Shown here: positions 62,598-64,000 of the stretch, in pieces
Layout: every line of letters begins with the position of its first letter
How positions within the stretch are numbered: position 1 is the stretch's first letter
Source of the DNA: Marsupella aquatica
Taxonomy: Eukaryota > Plantae > Marchantiophyta
Assembly (NCBI GenBank): GCA_973895155.1
Contig: OZ316892.1
Coordinates: 12,712,238-12,776,237 of the forward strand
Reading direction: 5' to 3'
DNA length: 64,000 bases
The notes under the pieces: model-generated
Told to the model about the DNA's origin: nothing
The model's database searches: none
What the model saw: the letters and a program-made list of their open reading frames with translations, nothing else
Program-made: the position numbers and the translations under genes

Positions 62598-62920
62598 TAT
62601 ACATCATGTGCCAATGAACAAAAAGAGTCTTAGCGGGGAACAGATCCCTTACCCAGGAGACCCAATAAATGGGAGAAAAGCAGGAACAACACAAGAAGAC
62701 TAAAAAGTCCAAGACTCCCCGCAAAAGCAAAAGAACTGAAGTCCTACTGAAAAGCCTGGTAAAAGCTCTGCACAAATAGTGATAATTGACAAACATCCCA
62801 AAACCAGGAGACCCAATAAATGTGAGAAAACCAGGGAAAAAAGCAATAGAACTGAAATTATAATGGGAAACTTACTGAAAAGCCTGGAAAAGCTCTGCAC
62901 AAATAGTCATACTTGACAGA
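62598..62920 (-). mobile_element. Truncated LINE-like 3' end with internal duplication
   Basis: It has the family terminus TTGGCACATGATGTATA on the minus strand. CCAGGAGACCCAATAAATG and ACTGAAAAGCCTGG.AAAGCTCTGCACAAATAGT each occur twice. Confidence 0.5.
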
Positions 62921-63833
62921 AAAGGGAAGACTAGTCAAACCCCAGTACTAGTAAGATCCCATCGAAGTAGTATGCATGTAGTGACGCCCTGTTTACAGGT
63001 ATTGTGTGCCATTATGCCCCCATAAGCAAGAGCTTCAAGTCTAGTTCTGAATGGCTATTGTTGCCCGTAAAGCTCTGATCATAGGATCTTTATATACTTG
63101 AAGGCTCAAGAGATATTGTTCTATGTTTCCAATCTTTACCAAAAGTACAGTGAAATTTTCAGGATTTGTTAATCCAGAAGTTGACTGACCCCTCAGCATT
63201 GTATGATGAATAATTCAACCAAAATGGTCAAAAAATCAAGGTCACTTTGATGGAAGTTTAGCGTACCTACTCCTCTAGCAGACACTCAAAACTAAAAAGT
63301 ATTGGAATTTATGAACATCAAATTATTGCAATTAAAACTCAAATTTTGGGAAACGTGGTCCATGGGAGTTTCAAAGACCAATGTTGTGGTCCATGGGGCC
63401 ATCTTTTTCCTAATTATGCCATTAGAATTATAAAAATCACAAAAGGCATTAAGCTCTGAAATATTCCCACAAAAAACGATGTTGACCCGTAAGTCTCACC
63501 ATTAGCGATGGAAAACCCATCTGTCAGACTTATGCAAAGTCCTTTTGGGCGCAAGAAACAATGAAAAAGCATACCTCCTTTTTGTGCTCATGGAAGCGAG
63601 CGTGTGGTGCCATTTAACAATTTGCAATAATCGGAGACGAGACGTGGATTGGACAGTCTCCCCTAGTGCACCTACCTACAGCAATGCATGCCACCGGGCC
63701 CAAGTGAGCATGGATAGAAACAATCCAAAAGCCAAACAGGCCAAAGCTCTGAACACGCAGATCTGAGAGGAATCAATTTCGAAAGACCAACCCCCCTCCC
63801 TGTAGGCAGTCAATCAATGATGTCCTGCACTCA

Positions 63834-63924
63834 GCTAGGCTAGGCCTAGGCTAGGCTAGGCTAGGCTAGGCTATGCTAGGCATTTAGGCAAGGCAAGGCA
63901 AGGCTAGGCTAGGCTAGGCTAGGC
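63834..63924. repeat. (CTAGG)n/(GGCAA)n compound microsatellite
   Basis: Pentanucleotide runs in a GC/GA-rich context at the window end, possibly the promoter or leader of the next gene. Confidence 0.85.
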
Positions 63925-64000
63925 GAGAGGAGACCGTGAGAGGCAGAGCACAAGAGCATCGAGAAATTTCGTGGCTCTCTTCCCCAAGAAACAAACAAAC

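Overview
Eukaryotic land-plant nuclear DNA, probably a non-seed plant such as a bryophyte (inferred from gene content, long 5' leaders and intron style). Two intact multi-exon genes can be rebuilt by hand: AP-4 adaptor epsilon subunit (minus strand, 11 exons) and a POLTERGEIST/PLL-clade PP2C phosphatase (plus strand, 5 exons). The AP-4 epsilon gene appears to start at a CUG codon in strong Kozak context. Two intron-containing pseudogenes are present: a heavily eroded At5g60700-like glycosyltransferase fragment, and a nearly complete phosphomannomutase with one nonsense codon, one frameshift and an altered catalytic motif I. A canonical long-hairpin MIR319 precursor lies on the minus strand, with a TATA box about 1.3 kb upstream and short leader ORFs. 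Intergenic DNA holds a Copia-type solo LTR with an AATTG target-site duplication, Tourist-like and TA-targeting MITEs, a foldback element, many truncated LINE-like 3' ends, minisatellites and young tandem duplications. Homologue comparisons are from memory, not from a search. There is no CRISPR array, rRNA or convincing tRNA gene.
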